From: Eledone cirrhosa
Taxonomy: Eukaryota
Direction of reading: 5' to 3'
Assembly: GCA_964016885.1 (NCBI GenBank)
Contig: OZ024743.1
Coordinates: 55,552,001 to 55,616,000, forward strand
DNA: 64,000 nt
Shown: one piece after another, positions 37,561-54,603 of the stretch
How positions within the stretch are numbered: position 1 is the stretch's first letter
How the letters are laid out: each line of letters starts with the position of its first letter
Translations under genes and position numbers: made by a program
The notes under the pieces: generated by a model
Database searches by the model: none
What the model saw: only the letters and a program-made list of their open reading frames with translations
Told to the model about the DNA's origin: nothing

Positions 37561-37668
37561 GGGGTAGAGTCTGCGGTGCTGAGCCGAACCCGCTTGGCGC
37601 AGCGGTCGGGATATTACATTATAAAGAGTTGGGACATATTTTATGTATAGATATGTATATTTATATAG

Positions 37669-37765
<97 letters not shown>

Positions 37766-38127
37766 TACATGTGTGTGTGTTTATATGAAAGAAAGAAAAA
37801 ATAAGAATTTAGATAGAAGTATAAGAAGGGTAAGAATGATAAGAAAAATGGCGTATAAACCGAAGAAAGAGTGAAGGAAAGAGAACAAAAGAGAGGAAAA
37901 CGAGGAAAAAGATTAAGAGTCGAGGAGAGAGAAAGAGAGGAACAGAGAAAGGTGGAGAAGAAGAAAGAAGAAAGAAATGAATGTGCGTGAGTGAGTGACA
38001 CATACACACACACAACGCAACACACACACACACACAACGCAACACACAACACACACACACACACACAAATATATATATATATACACACATTTATATATAT
38101 ATAAATACTTGTGTATATATAAATACT

Positions 38128-38160
<33 letters not shown>

Positions 38161-38162
<2 letters not shown>

Positions 38163-38349
38163 CGAAGGAGGTGTGGTAAGGAATGAGATGGACCATAACG
38201 CACCAGAGTACTCAATACTTAGGGTAGTAGAGTAGATAATAGGATAATGTTTGACCCCGACGGCAGAGCTCAAGCCGTTTCGACGGCTATTTCTGGACTG
38301 AATAGCCGTCGAAACGGCTTGAGCTCTGCCGTCGGGGTCAACCCTTTTC
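38161..38349 (-). mobile_element. Fold-back PLE-like mini-element, copy A
   Basis: Perfect 41-bp inverted arms 38251-38291/38301-38341 with a 9-nt loop, plus a 90-bp tail shared with copies B-D. (TA)n lies on both sides. Confidence 0.8.
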
Positions 38350-38425
38350 ATATATATATATATATATATAATTATATACATATACAAATATATATATATA
38401 CATATATATATATACATATATATAT

Positions 38426-38519
<94 letters not shown>

Positions 38520-38531
38520 TTATATATATAT

Positions 38532-38580
<49 letters not shown>

Positions 38581-38787
38581 CATACATATATGGTATATAT
38601 AGAGAGAGATACAGATATAGATATAATATATATATATATGTATGTATGTATGTATGTAAATATATATGGATGGATATATGTGTGAGTATGTGTGTATGTG
38701 TGTGTGTGTGTGTGTGTACGTATGCATGCGTGCGTACGTACGTGTAAGGACGATGAGGAGGAAGAAGATGACGATGATGATGATGAA

Positions 38788-38822
<35 letters not shown>

Positions 38823-39195
38823 CTATGACGGCGATGATGACGACGATGCTAAACGATGTTGATGATCATGCTGGTCAGAGGAACAACTATTCAGTGTAAA
38901 CGTCGGCGGCCATTCTTCTCACGATGACAGGTGAGAATGATCTGTCATCGTCTCAGTAAGAAACCTTTTCCCTAACGGCCAACAGTCAATAGTATAGCGA
39001 GTGACATATCTTTTATATGCCACATCCTTACAAATGGCTCCCAATCACTTATCGTCTGCTACACAAGCTATACAACGTCGAGCAACAATCAAATCGAACA
39101 ATCCGCCCGACAGACTCTCTCTTTTCTTCCTCCCTACCACCTTTCCCTCTTACTTTTCTTCGCTCCCAGCATGCTTTTCATTCTTTCACTTTTCA

Positions 39196-40637
<1,442 letters not shown>

Positions 40638-40929
40638 CATTTCATTCGTTGAAGAATCATTCTGGCAAGCCTTCCCTCCCTTTGTTTCTCTCTTTATGTT
40701 TATCTATGTCCCCTTCTCTCTTCTAGTTTTTGCGCACACACACGCACACTCACACACACATATACACATACATACATACACACATATACATACACATACC
40801 TATACACATTCCCACATCATTCTATTCGTTTAGGAATCATTCTTGCAAGTCGTCCCTCCCATAGATTTTTTAACATATCTCCTTCTTTCTGTATCTCTTT
40901 CTTTCACTTCTATCTCTCGTTTTATCACT

Positions 40930-41011
<82 letters not shown>

Positions 41012-41158
41012 CCTCTTTCTTTCTTTCACACACCTGTACCTTCCCACACAAATTCTACCTACCCCCTCCAGCACCAACACCACCACCACAAATATCCCTC
41101 CCACTTCTTCACATAATCATTTAAGTATTGTCCCAAACACTTAATCTCGCTCTACCAC

Positions 41159-41267
<109 letters not shown>

Positions 41268-41482
41268 TTTAATTTATTGAATTATTGATATTTTATTTGA
41301 GTTAACCCGAATCTTCCAGGTCGTTCTTTCGGCTGTTGGGTGATTTTAGACATGATCTCTATGTGTTAGCATTTTAACGATAGTTATAGCTCTGATTTAC
41401 CCAAATTATTGAGCCCTCTGCTACGCATATCGTATTTGTTTATCGTAAATTCGTAAGCTGACTTTCCGATTCTCGATTATTC

Positions 41483-41545
<63 letters not shown>

Positions 41546-41552
<7 letters not shown>

Positions 41553-41726
41553 TCGTACGGTTGTCCTTCCTGTTCCTCTAACCATACACATCCCGAGCTG
41601 AAAATCCGCGAAGGTGAAACAATTGTTCTCGGTATGGTGAACTAACTGTTGTGTAACCACTTCTACCTAACTCGTCCCTTGGACTGAGTGCTCTACCGCT
41701 ACGGATATTACCTTCCAGTGTTCCAC

Positions 41727-41730
<4 letters not shown>
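41546..41730 (+). mobile_element. Solo PLE pLTR fragment with hammerhead motif (41593-41632, CUGAAAA variant)
   Basis: Homologous to 16745-16914 and flanked by (TA)n. Confidence 0.8.
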
Positions 41731-41772
<42 letters not shown>

Positions 41773-41774
<2 letters not shown>

Positions 41775-41970
41775 CGAAGAAAGTGTGGTAAGGAACCAGG
41801 TGGACCATAACCCACCAAAGTACTCGATACTTAGGGTAGTAGAGTGGGTAATAGGAAAAGAGTCAGGATCCCGACGGTGAGCTCCGGCAGTTTCGACAGC
41901 TAGATCCGAACGTTCGGATCTAGCTGTCGAAACGGCCGGAGCTCAGCCGTCGGGGTCCTGACTCTTTTCC

Positions 41971-41972
<2 letters not shown>
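41773..41972 (-). mobile_element. Fold-back PLE-like mini-element, copy B
   Basis: About 60-bp arms with no loop, centred on aac|gtt (41911/41912), and the same tail as copy A. Confidence 0.8.
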
Positions 41973-42044
<72 letters not shown>

Positions 42045-42085
42045 TTCAAAATATTAAGAAAATAGATATTCTTGTGATCAATTAT

Positions 42086-42150
42086 ATTTTATTATACATA
42101 TTTCAGAGGTACTGAGTTAAGTTCAACAGTACGTCCTCATCAGATAAAAT
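42086..42150 (-). ncRNA. Canonical hammerhead ribozyme
   Basis: Minus strand: attttat-CTGATGA-ggacgtactg...cagtacctct-GAAAT-atgt-ATA-ataaaat, with a 7-bp stem I. Confidence 0.8.
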
Positions 42151-44767
42151 AAGATGATGCATGACATACCCTGACATAGTAGATGGTTAAGATTCAGTCA
42201 TGGTAGTGATTAACTTAGGACAAAACTCAATATTTATAACGTAAATATTGAGAACATGAGATAACATAATACAAACAATAGAGAGGGTGCATGTAATACA
42301 GCTTAAAAAATACATGGCATCAATATAACAGCTATAACATTTTTTTTTAACTACTGGAGAAAGAGGAGGGAAAGGAAAGCATAGAGTAAGAAACAGCTGA
42401 TGTGATAATATATTTAGTAGGTGGCTTGAAAAAACAGATGAAAGATGATTAAAGAGGGACAGAAAGACAAAGGGGAGTAATTTATGTTTAAGTTTATATA
42501 CAGATTTCCATATATGCAAAACATATCCATTTAATATAGTTGGCCGTTAATTTTCAAAATATTTAATTTAAGTTATTTCAGAGTAATGAATAATATTTTA
42601 GGTTTTAAATTTTAGGTTTTAAAAGTTAATAGGTATTTGTATTAATATTATAATTATGTTTAATTTCTAAAATTCAAATTTTATGAAAACAAATTTAAAG
42701 TATTTACGAAACACGAGAAAGAAAATAATGCTTTTATACCCTCACGAAGGTAATCTTTACCAAAATTATTTATAATAATGACAACAGTTTATATAATATA
42801 ATTTATAAAATACTTATAGTTATAATTATTAAAGAATTTATTGTTAAAAAGTTTGAGTGCCTAAAGGATCAACACATAGGGGAATATACTGTTATATTAT
42901 TTATTGGGTGACTAGTTTTCATGGATTAATTGCTTTCAATCTAATTGAATCAGAACTTTATATACTAGGCACTTAATAAAAAGACACATACACACGTGTA
43001 TCCTCTCAGTCTCTCTCTCTCTTTCTCTCTCTCTCTCTCACACACTCTCTCTCTCTCTCTCTTTCTCTCTCACACTCTCTCTCTCACTCTCTCACACACA
43101 CACGTGTGTGTGCATACTATTACCTCTTCTCTTTGACACACACTCATAGACTTACTCTCACCCCCTCTCTCTCTTTCTCTTTTACATACATACTTACAGA
43201 GATAGAGAGAAAGAAAGAAACACACACATACACAGAAAGAACACAGACACAAACAAACAGACTCACACACTGACAAATGTACACAAACATTCATACATTA
43301 TTTCACATAATTAGTTGTCCTTGTATTATAGCTTTGAATATGCTTTTCTAAACTTGTTGTTACGGCTCACAATTGAGCAGGTTTAGCCGACCTGCGATTA
43401 AGTCACATTTAATAGGAGGTTTCTCTGGTGTATAATTACGTGGCATCAGAACACACAGTGCTGGAATTAATGCCGAAAGTCATCACATCCGATAATCTTA
43501 CAAATCCGATAATCTACGGCCTTGAACTAGTACTTTATTCATCTACCCCGAAATGATGAAGGCGATATTGATCTCGGTGGGATTTGAACCCAAAGTGCAG
43601 AGAGCTGAAGCATATAAATGTCGAAACACTCTTCCAATTAATCGTATTTCAGAACTCTGTATTTAGTTACATGCTAGATGTTATTCTTTGTTGAACCTTT
43701 ACTATGTGTCATTTCTACACTTCGCTAGTTTGCCTTCATCATCATCATCCTAGATCCGAACCCATAGACTCATAGGGACACCGTCGTGGCATACGGTGTG
43801 TCTTCACCATTCAAACCAATCGAAGCCTCTTCTTTTCCAGGTGTAAACATATCCAATTTCTATTAGAAAAAGTGAATACAAGAGAAAAGTATCAATTCTA
43901 GTATTGAATTAGTGTCATTTTTATCGATCTTATGAGGATGAAAGGCAAAGTTGTCCTTGACGTGATTCGAAATCAGAGCACAGCGAGTAGTAGAAAATAC
44001 TGCAATGCATTATATCCACGCTTCTTCCGTGGCTTGCCGTGTCGAAAAAATGTTATCTTTACCATCTAAAGGTTCCCGATTATTTAAACATCTACTCCCA
44101 TTACGTGAGACAGGGGGAAAAGTTTGCCTTTAGAAATATTAAATATTTGACACTTTATTTTTTTACCGGTAGCCATTTGCAAATTTACACGAATTCATGG
44201 CCGCCCCAGAATTTGCAATGAAATTAGATTCGCCATAGTTGGTGTAGCAGTAATGTAAATAAAACCGCACCCAAATTATATTCAAATGGTACAAATACTC
44301 TTACAACAGAAAACGTAGAGAAGAATAGCATTGGAAACAGTACAGACACTCATAAATAAGCACAGGCAAGGCTGTGTGATAAAAGACTTCGTTTCAAAAA
44401 CTCTTGACCTCATGGGTTAGTGTTTTCTACTATAGCCTTGGTTTGATCAATGACTTGTGACTGAAATCTGGTAGATAACAACCGTCCTTGAGTAAGACAA
44501 ATTATTTCACGCTGCTCCAATTCATTCGACTGCAAAACATTAGTTGCTACATCACTGGTGCTTAGCTGTTTCGGATTTTAACTTTCTATTGGACAACATC
44601 GGTGGCGTGAAGACGGGGGACTGGCATGCTTGGGCGACTGCTTGTCTTCTACTAAAACATCTTGCACGGGATTGTGCCCCGGAGAAAGACATTCTAGGTG
44701 CGAACCCATAGTTAGCCATGATTGAAGGGGTCCTTATCTGTCTCTCTCACACACACACACGTCCTCA

Positions 44768-44826
<59 letters not shown>

Positions 44827-45572
44827 TTTGGATGTATATGTCTGTGATTACGCTTCTGTTTGAGTCTGTGTTTACGACACGTAACTTAGCGGTTCTCTAA
44901 AAAGACATCGATAAAATAAATGCACCAAATTTGAAAAAAAATTAGTTCTAAGGAAGATATAATTGGCTAAATCCCTTCACATTGGTGCCTCAACATGGCT
45001 GCGGGTTAATGATGACAAAAAAGGAGTTGCATCTGTAATTCAAATGACTAGCCATACTACATACTACATCCCACTGAATAATCCTCAGAACTACATCATG
45101 ATTACACGTGTTTGTAGAATCCTCAGTCACTTGCATGTCAATTTTGCAAGCAGGCAATTCGGTTGGTCATAGGACTAGAACACTCATCGTCGAAACCGAC
45201 GGAAGTCCAACACCAACAATAATTTAATCCAAAGCGCTAGATTGGATTTATGTTCATAAGAACATTTCACAGAATTAATCTGCTAGCTTTACTGAATATA
45301 GCAAATATAGCAGGTTATTATTATATAAGATTGCAGAATGATTCGTGTAAAGTTGGTGTGAAGCGTCTTAGGAATCGATCGAAGACTAAATCCCTGATGT
45401 CAGATAGAGAAAAGGAGCTGATAGCGGAACAAGTAAGCTCTCTAGTGTCATCGCTTCACATTCACTTCCTATTTATCATCTTCAAAGAAACGTCAGACAT
45501 TAAATAAATGTCTCTCTCGACTTTCTTACAACATCGTTTACACGTATATACATGTGTCTGTGCACACACACA

Positions 45573-45642
<70 letters not shown>

Positions 45643-45706
45643 ACACACACATTCATACCAAACGCGTACATACCACACACATACATATACATATACACAC
45701 ATATAT

Positions 45707-45766
<60 letters not shown>

Positions 45767-45936
45767 ATATGTATATGTATATATTAGGCCAAGATCTAGT
45801 GATCTTGGTAGTCCACATGGGAGAAGAACTCAATATATAATTGAGTAAAACACCCACCCACACATATATACATAAAATATATACATATATAATATATATA
45901 TATATATGGAATGTGTGTCTGAGTCTGTACACCCAT

Positions 45937-46002
<66 letters not shown>

Positions 46003-46009
46003 CATAGAC

Positions 46010-46043
<34 letters not shown>

Positions 46044-46079
46044 TTATGTTTTTACTGTACCCGATACACGTTTATTTTT

Positions 46080-46169
<90 letters not shown>

Positions 46170-46223
46170 CATATACATAGACATGTATATATATATATAT
46201 ATATATATATAAGAGAAATAAAC

Positions 46224-46286
<63 letters not shown>

Positions 46287-46394
46287 AGAGAAATAAACGT
46301 GTATCGGGTACAGTAAAAACGTAATACTAGATAGGTATAATTATAAAGATTTTTTTGATACGTATTCATCTACACGTGTACGCAAAGAAACAGG

Positions 46395-46489
<95 letters not shown>

Positions 46490-46953
46490 ACATTCACACA
46501 TACAGACACAGAGATAAGCTTGATGCACGTACAGATAAATTCGTATGTGTCTTTCCGTATGTAAGTAAGCTTGTGTGTCAGGTACATTGAATTGGCTAAA
46601 GTTATATGTATGTATATATGTATGTGTGTGTGTTCTGTTTCTGTGTATGAATGTGTGTGTATGTGTCTATGTATGAATGTGTGTGTGTCTATGTGCGCGG
46701 CTGTGTGTGTGTGTGTGTGCGTGTGTGTTTCTGTGTACGAACGTGTGTGTGTATGAATGTGCGTGTGTGTGTGTGTGTGTGTGTCTATGTGAGCGGCTGT
46801 GTGTGTGTGTGTGTCTGTTCAGATCTGTATGTGAGAGAGGAAGAAAGACAGAGGGCAAAGAACAGAGAAAAGAGTCGGAGCATCAAGCCGTGATTTATAG
46901 CTATTTACCTACATAACACAAGCACACACATACATATGTACATACATACGTTG

Positions 46954-47022
<69 letters not shown>

Positions 47023-47058
47023 ATTTATGTATATATATATATAAATATATATATATTC

Positions 47059-47089
<31 letters not shown>

Positions 47090-47194
47090 CATATATATAT
47101 ATGCATATATATGCATATATATATATATATATGTATGCCTATATATATACATACATACAAACATACATACATATATATATATATGTATATATAC

Positions 47195-47287
<93 letters not shown>

Positions 47288-47408
47288 TATATGTGTGTAT
47301 TTGTATGTATATATAGATACACACACACACATATATATATATATATACATATATATAAATATACATACATATATATATATATGTTTATATATATATATAT
47401 GTATGTTC

Positions 47409-47440
<32 letters not shown>

Positions 47441-47707
47441 CTATCTATCCATCTATCTATTTATCTGTTTATCTATATATGTATATGTATATATACATAT
47501 GTATATGTATATATGTGCGTGCGTGTGTGTTTGCATCTATATGTGATGTATGTATGTGGAATGGTAGGTGTATGTCAAAGTTTCCGTATGATCACACAGG
47601 AAGAATCGAAGAAAAGATTCCTTTTCCAACATGAAACAGATATATCATTGCAGAGATTCTTTCACATTTATCATTCTAGCTAGACTTAGCCTCATCTTTA
47701 TGCCACC

Positions 47708-47760
<53 letters not shown>

Positions 47761-47773
47761 ATATATATGTATA

Positions 47774-47810
<37 letters not shown>

Positions 47811-47844
47811 ATACATTTGTATGTATGTATATATTTATATATAT

Positions 47845-47965
<121 letters not shown>

Positions 47966-48131
47966 GGGGGGGGGATACATATACAAATATATATGTGTGT
48001 GTGTGCGTGTGGCTGTTTGTCTGTGTGTATATATACATGTATATATGCATGTATATGTCTGTATATGTATGTATATTTATGTATGTATGTGTGTAATTAT
48101 ATATATATATATATATAATTACACACAGATA

Positions 48132-48234
<103 letters not shown>

Positions 48235-48564
48235 TAAGTGGGTGAAACTGACTTGAAAGGTAGGGTGGTGGGTTCGTGTCGTTTGCAAAAGCTGACGATC
48301 TTATCTGAGACAGATTGGGTTGGTACAAAGCGAGGCAACTTGTAAAACGAGATTGGGTTGTGTTGACGTAAATCGAATCTGATCTTAGAGATATGACATA
48401 AGTGCGATGATGTGATGTTATAGCACTTCTGTTGCAACTAGTTAATTTGACAGTGAGGCGATCTCCGATGGTGAGTGTGTTGGGCCTTCGTCGGCACCAA
48501 TGACGATTGTTCCAGTTGTATGATCACCGAACAGCTTGTAAGAGAAATTAACATGCAACTGGCT

Positions 48565-48984
48565 GAGCATTTCACCGACATATGTACCGTGTGATCATTC
48601 CACCGACATATGAACCGTGTGAGCATTCCACCGACATATGTACCGTGTGAGCATTCCACCGACATATGAACCGTGTGAGTATTCCACCGACATATGTTCC
48701 GGGAGAGCATTCCACCGACATATGTACCGTGTGAGCATTCCACCGACATATGTACCGTGTGATCATTCCACCGACATATGTACCGTGAGAGTATTCCACC
48801 GACATGTGTACCGTGTGAGCATTCCACCGACATATGTACCGTGTGAGCATTCCACCGACATATGTTCCGGGAGAGCATTCCACCGACATATGTACCGTGA
48901 GAGCATTCCACCGACATATGTACCGTGTGAGCATTCCACCGACATATGTTCCGGGAGAGCATTCCACCGACATATGTACCGTGT
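48565..48984. repeat. Minisatellite, 15 x 28 bp (gagcattccaccgacatatgtaccgtgt), inside a family-2 SINE
   Basis: Contiguous units with no spacers. The unit matches the reverse complement of the SINE body acgtgtctgtggaatactc. Confidence 0.92.
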
Positions 48985-50249
48985 ACACTTAACGTAGCTC
49001 TCAAGAATATTCAGCGTGAGACATTGTGTGGCAAAATATAACTGATTTTTCTTCCAGCTGAATGCATTGGAATAATAAAGTGTTTTGCTCAAGGATACAA
49101 CATGTCGTCCTGAATCGAACTAAGGATATTTTCATCGTAAGCCGATCACCCCAAGTATTAAGTAACATGCTTTGGCATCTACACAGTATAATAGTAGGAA
49201 ACTAACACCAGACCAGAGTCCGATTTATTTTACAAAAACTGGAATTCATATCAGTTCTAAGAAATCTCTAAATTTCTTAGAAAGGGGGATTTACTGATAT
49301 AATAGTTCTTACTGAATTAGAAGAAGACATAAACTAACAATGAGTTGAGTTTGTGGAAAGGTTTTGCTTCTTGGTTGAAGTTCTGCCATTTCGCTTACGA
49401 TGTTATGTCATTAAGAAAGGCATTACCGTCACATAGTCTCATCTTTAATGTTATGGGCTTCTGAAGAAATCAATATTTTTCACTGTGAATATATAAACCT
49501 GTGCTTCTTAGAGACCCAGATGACATTTCTTTCCATTCGAATTTGAGGTTTCCTTAATTCTTCACCAATTTTGAATTGTCATCTAATAATTTTCCTCCGA
49601 ATACTTTATCAACAAGCTTTTCAAAGCTTTTCAAAGCTTTTCAAAGCTTAATAATTCTATAGCTCAGTTGTTTTCCGACATCCAAGTCACATTCTTCCCC
49701 TTGAAACCTCAAGTTTCCAGAACTCCACCCAGCATTATATTAGCGCACCATATTAACACGAGCAAACTTTTCAAACCTCAGTAAGTTCACCCCAAACGGA
49801 ACGAAGTTTGGAGCAGCAGATTGTGTGCACTGTTAATTTGTACATGAACAATACGGTTGTTTCTCCGGATCGAAGCACACTTCATATAACAAAAGTGCAT
49901 ATGATGAGATGAGGCCGTGTAGCTTTTAGAAATATTTTCGTATGCGTACATTATTAGTATATAATACAGTGTTAGACATGCCTATCACACACCTCGGGAG
50001 CCTCATATTTTTAAAATATGTTTTTACATTATTTTTAGTTTTTATTCTTTAACACTAAATCATCAAAAATGTTATATACATATATGATTTAGATATTTCG
50101 GTAGAAAAGTTAAAGGAAAGAAGAGTGCTCTATGTATAGTACAGAGCTATTAATTATATAATAAACAACACAATATAATTATTCCATTACCCAAGGTTTC
50201 GCGAAGTTAGACGTTTCTAACAGAAACGTCCATTTCGTTTTTATATATA

Positions 50250-51103
<854 letters not shown>

Positions 51104-51107
51104 TATC

Positions 51108-51248
51108 CGTTCGGATCTAGCTGTCGAAACGGCTGGCGCTCAGCCGTCAGGGTCCTGACTCTTTTCCTATTACCCATTCTACTACTCTAAGTATCGAGTA
51201 CTCTGGTGCGTTTTGGTCGACCTGGTTTCTTACCACACTTTCTTTGTT
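51108..51248 (+). mobile_element. PLE-like mini-element, copy C (no inverted arm, starts at the fold-back axis)
   Basis: Begins cgttcggatctagctgtcgaaacggc, which is the axis of copy B. Confidence 0.75.
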
Positions 51249-51263
51249 ATATATATATATATA

Positions 51264-51914
51264 CTAGCAGTGGTACCTGGCGTTGCACGGGATAAGGTGT
51301 TTTGGAACGCGGGCCGCTAACAGATCTAATCGTTGAAAAACTGCATGCCTGGACAATATGTAAAGAAAATAAACCGAATACTCTGATGGCTGGATAATCT
51401 TTAAGATTTTCCTCGATGAAGCAAGAAAAATGCAGGTTTTCACCTAATGCGGGCCCTAGGGGATCAAGAAAATGAATTTTTTTTATATGCATAATATGCC
51501 TTGAAATTTCGGGAAAAATCGGTTGGACGTAATGCCTCAAAAATGCCCTAAAAAGCTGAAAAAATGAAGTTTTTCACCTAATGCTAGGCCATAAAAAAGT
51601 TGGATTTTCTTTGCTCACGGTATGAAGAAGAGACTTACTAATGCATAGTTACAATTTCAAGGAAATCGGTTTGACGTAACGCCCCCCCCCCCCAACCCCC
51701 AACCCCCTGAAAAAAACGTACTTTTTCACCTAATGCGGGGCCTAGGGGATGAAAAAGTTGAATTTTTTATGTGTATAACACTCCCTGAAACAAGTAATAC
51801 ACATGTAAAGTTTGAAAAAAATCGGTTGGGTACTTCTCGAGTTTTAGGGATTCAAACTCACAGACACACACACACACACACACAGGCAGACATCCTCAGT
51901 TTTATATATATAGA
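51264..51914 (-). mobile_element. Non-autonomous Helitron
   Basis: Minus strand 5' A|TC-TATATATATAAAA, 3' hairpin cccgtgcaacgccagg followed by CTAG|T, and internal sub-repeats (ttttcacctaatgc x3). Confidence 0.7.
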
Positions 51915-51927
51915 TATGTAGATATAA

Positions 51928-52012
<85 letters not shown>

Positions 52013-52739
52013 TATATAATTTATATATAATATTTATATATAATATATATACATATATATATAATATATATAATTTATATATAATATATATATACATATA
52101 TATATAATTTATATATAAATTATGTTTATTGCCTCAGGAAAGCGGTCAACTTAATAGGAGCATTTTATTAGAATATGGGGTTAACCGACCAGGTATGTAC
52201 AAAGGACATTATGGTCGGTCGGTGGTGAAGCAACTAAAAAGAAGCGCTCAACGAATGTTATAAATGGTGCAAGTAGGAGCATTATCTATTATTAAAATAT
52301 CGGAGGCCATAATCAGTTGATTCATATTTATTTAAAACTCGGTTATACGTATTTCACTGACGATTATCAGTTATGACAACTTAAGATCTTCAGACGGCAA
52401 AACCTATAAAAACATTGAAAGTTCCTAAAAAAAAAAAAAAATCTTTAAATTAAAAAAAACCTAAAAACTTCCGCGAAGAAAAGTTACTTTTCTTGATACA
52501 AGGGGACTGTCGATATCAAGTTGGGTGCTTTGCTGAAGCAATAATCAGGCGATGGCTTTATATGCCCTGCCTGAATCACACGACACGTAACAACGGACTA
52601 GACTTAAACATCCACTTCCTTTTGATTACCAGAGCTTACCAGAGGACCCCACTCATCCCTATAGACTAGCAAAACACCCAGGATAACAACATCTCCTGGT
52701 CACAGACAACACTTTATAGAATTTACACAGCGGCTATCC

Positions 52740-53478
52740 GACTTGCACTTGATAGATCTGATGCCGAGTGCTGCATAGCTAGAATAAAAATCAGTGCTGC
52801 GAAAACTGAGACACTCATCATCTCAAGGAAGCCTGCGCAGTGCATTCTACAGGTGAATGGAGTTCCATTGAACCAGATAGAGAAGTTCTCGGGATCGTAG
52901 TCCCGAATGATGGAAGGCAGAAGGCTAAATTAAGTGCTCGAATTGCAGGAGCTGGTGCAGTAATGAGCCAGATTCATCATTCGGTAAGAAGGGAGGTGGG
53001 TGTAAAAGCCAAACTTGCTAGCTTCAATTCGGTATTCGTGCTAACCCTTACCTATAGTCATGAATCTTGGGTAATGACCGAAAGAATACGATCGTGAATA
53101 CAAGCGGCCGAAATGGGGTTGCTCCGAAGGTCTTTGAAGTAACATCACTCGATAGAGTAAGTAACTCGGAGATCAGGGAGACACTCCAGATGGAGCCGCT
53201 ACTTCTCCGAATTGATACTATGAACATATTTTTAGAATGTCTCAGGAAAGAATCGCTAGACAGATTTTAGGGGCAAAATTAACAGATAGGAGACCCAGGA
53301 GTAGACCCTGACCCGAGCAAGATGATTGGATAACATCTATGAGTTTGGCTAGTCTCGCTTGGGGATCCAGCCAGATAAGTGAGAAACAGTTGCTTCTGAT
53401 AGGACCGGCTGGAAGGAGTGTTTGAGGACTCTGCACCCACAACTCTCTCAGAAATAAGTGGGTGAAGAAGAAGAAGAT
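52740..53478 (+). mobile_element. 3' part of an RTE-clade LINE, degenerate, with (GAA)n tail
   Basis: VFVLTLTYSHESWVMTERIRS*IQAAEMG...LDRVSNSEIRETLQMEPLL. Confidence 0.75.
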
Positions 53479-53569
53479 ATGTGCCTGTTGGTACTAGTTG
53501 CCGTTTTAACACATCAGCTTTGTATATCGGCGAATGTAGATGGTATTTGTTGTGGCACAGCTCTGTTGT

Positions 53570-53855
53570 TTGTTATAATTGTTGTTGTTCTTGTTGATGG
53601 TAGTAGTAATGGTGGTGGTGTTGGTGGTGGTGGTGGTTTTTGGTTGTGGTGGTTTGGTGGTGGCGGTGGTGGTGGTGGTGGTGGCGGTAGAGGTGATGGT
53701 GGTGGTGGTGGTAGTGGTGATTTTGGTGGTGGTGATGGAAGTGATGGTGGTGGTGGTAGTTTTAGTGTTGGTGATTGAGGTGATGGTGGTGGTTGTGGTG
53801 GTGGTTGCGGTTTTGGTGTTGGTGGTGTTGGTGGTGGTTGTGGAGGTGATGGTGA
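53570..53855. repeat. (GGT)n low-complexity tract
   Basis: Direct reading. The poly-G/V ORFs are artefacts. Confidence 0.9.
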
Positions 53856-54243
53856 ATTTGTTTTTATTTCCTGTTGCTGGAGTAGTTTTTTTTTTATTAT
53901 TGTGGTTGTTGTTTATTTTCGTTCACTATCATGTCAGTCTGAATTACATCAAGACCGCAACCTACAGCACCTACATCAACTTCAGCACATCCACCACCAA
54001 CATCACTGAATTACATCAGCAAATCCAACTCTGCCGTCAGCACCTACACCACCAACATCACAAGTTAACACCACCTTCTGTTTGGTTGCTTTTTGGGGGT
54101 TTTTTTTCGGTGCTTTTAATTATATCTTCGTATTTTATCACACTGAACGTATCTCTGGAAGTGTAGGTGTGTCGAACAGCTCAGTTACGGGACGTAGTCA
54201 TAGAGACACAAATGCCCACACACACATATACATACACACACAC

Positions 54244-54276
<33 letters not shown>

Positions 54277-54279
<3 letters not shown>

Positions 54280-54434
54280 AAAGGTTTGACCCCGACGGCA
54301 GAGCTCAAGCCGTTTCGACGGCTAGAGCTCTGCCGTCGTGGTCATACATTTCTTATTACCCACTCTACTACCCTAAGTATTGAGTACGCTGGTGCGTTAT
54401 GCTCCATCTGGTTCCTTACCACAACTCCTTCGTT
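54277..54434 (+). mobile_element. Fold-back PLE-like mini-element, copy D (centre deleted)
   Basis: Same arm as copy A, with the centre collapsed at the acggct microhomology. Confidence 0.75.
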
Positions 54435-54520
54435 ATATATATATATGTATATCTATATATATATATATACACACACACATACATACAATATATATATATA
54501 TATATATACACACACATACA

Positions 54521-54600
<80 letters not shown>

Positions 54601-54603
<3 letters not shown>

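Noticed and set aside
45783-45852. Two small hairpins, one flanked by gaaga...aaaac
   Set aside because: The core is too degenerate and there is no stem I or III, so a hammerhead call is not supportable.
48565-48984. Possible CRISPR array (28-bp repeats)
   Set aside because: The units are contiguous with no unique spacers, there are no cas genes, the context is eukaryotic, and the unit derives from a SINE.
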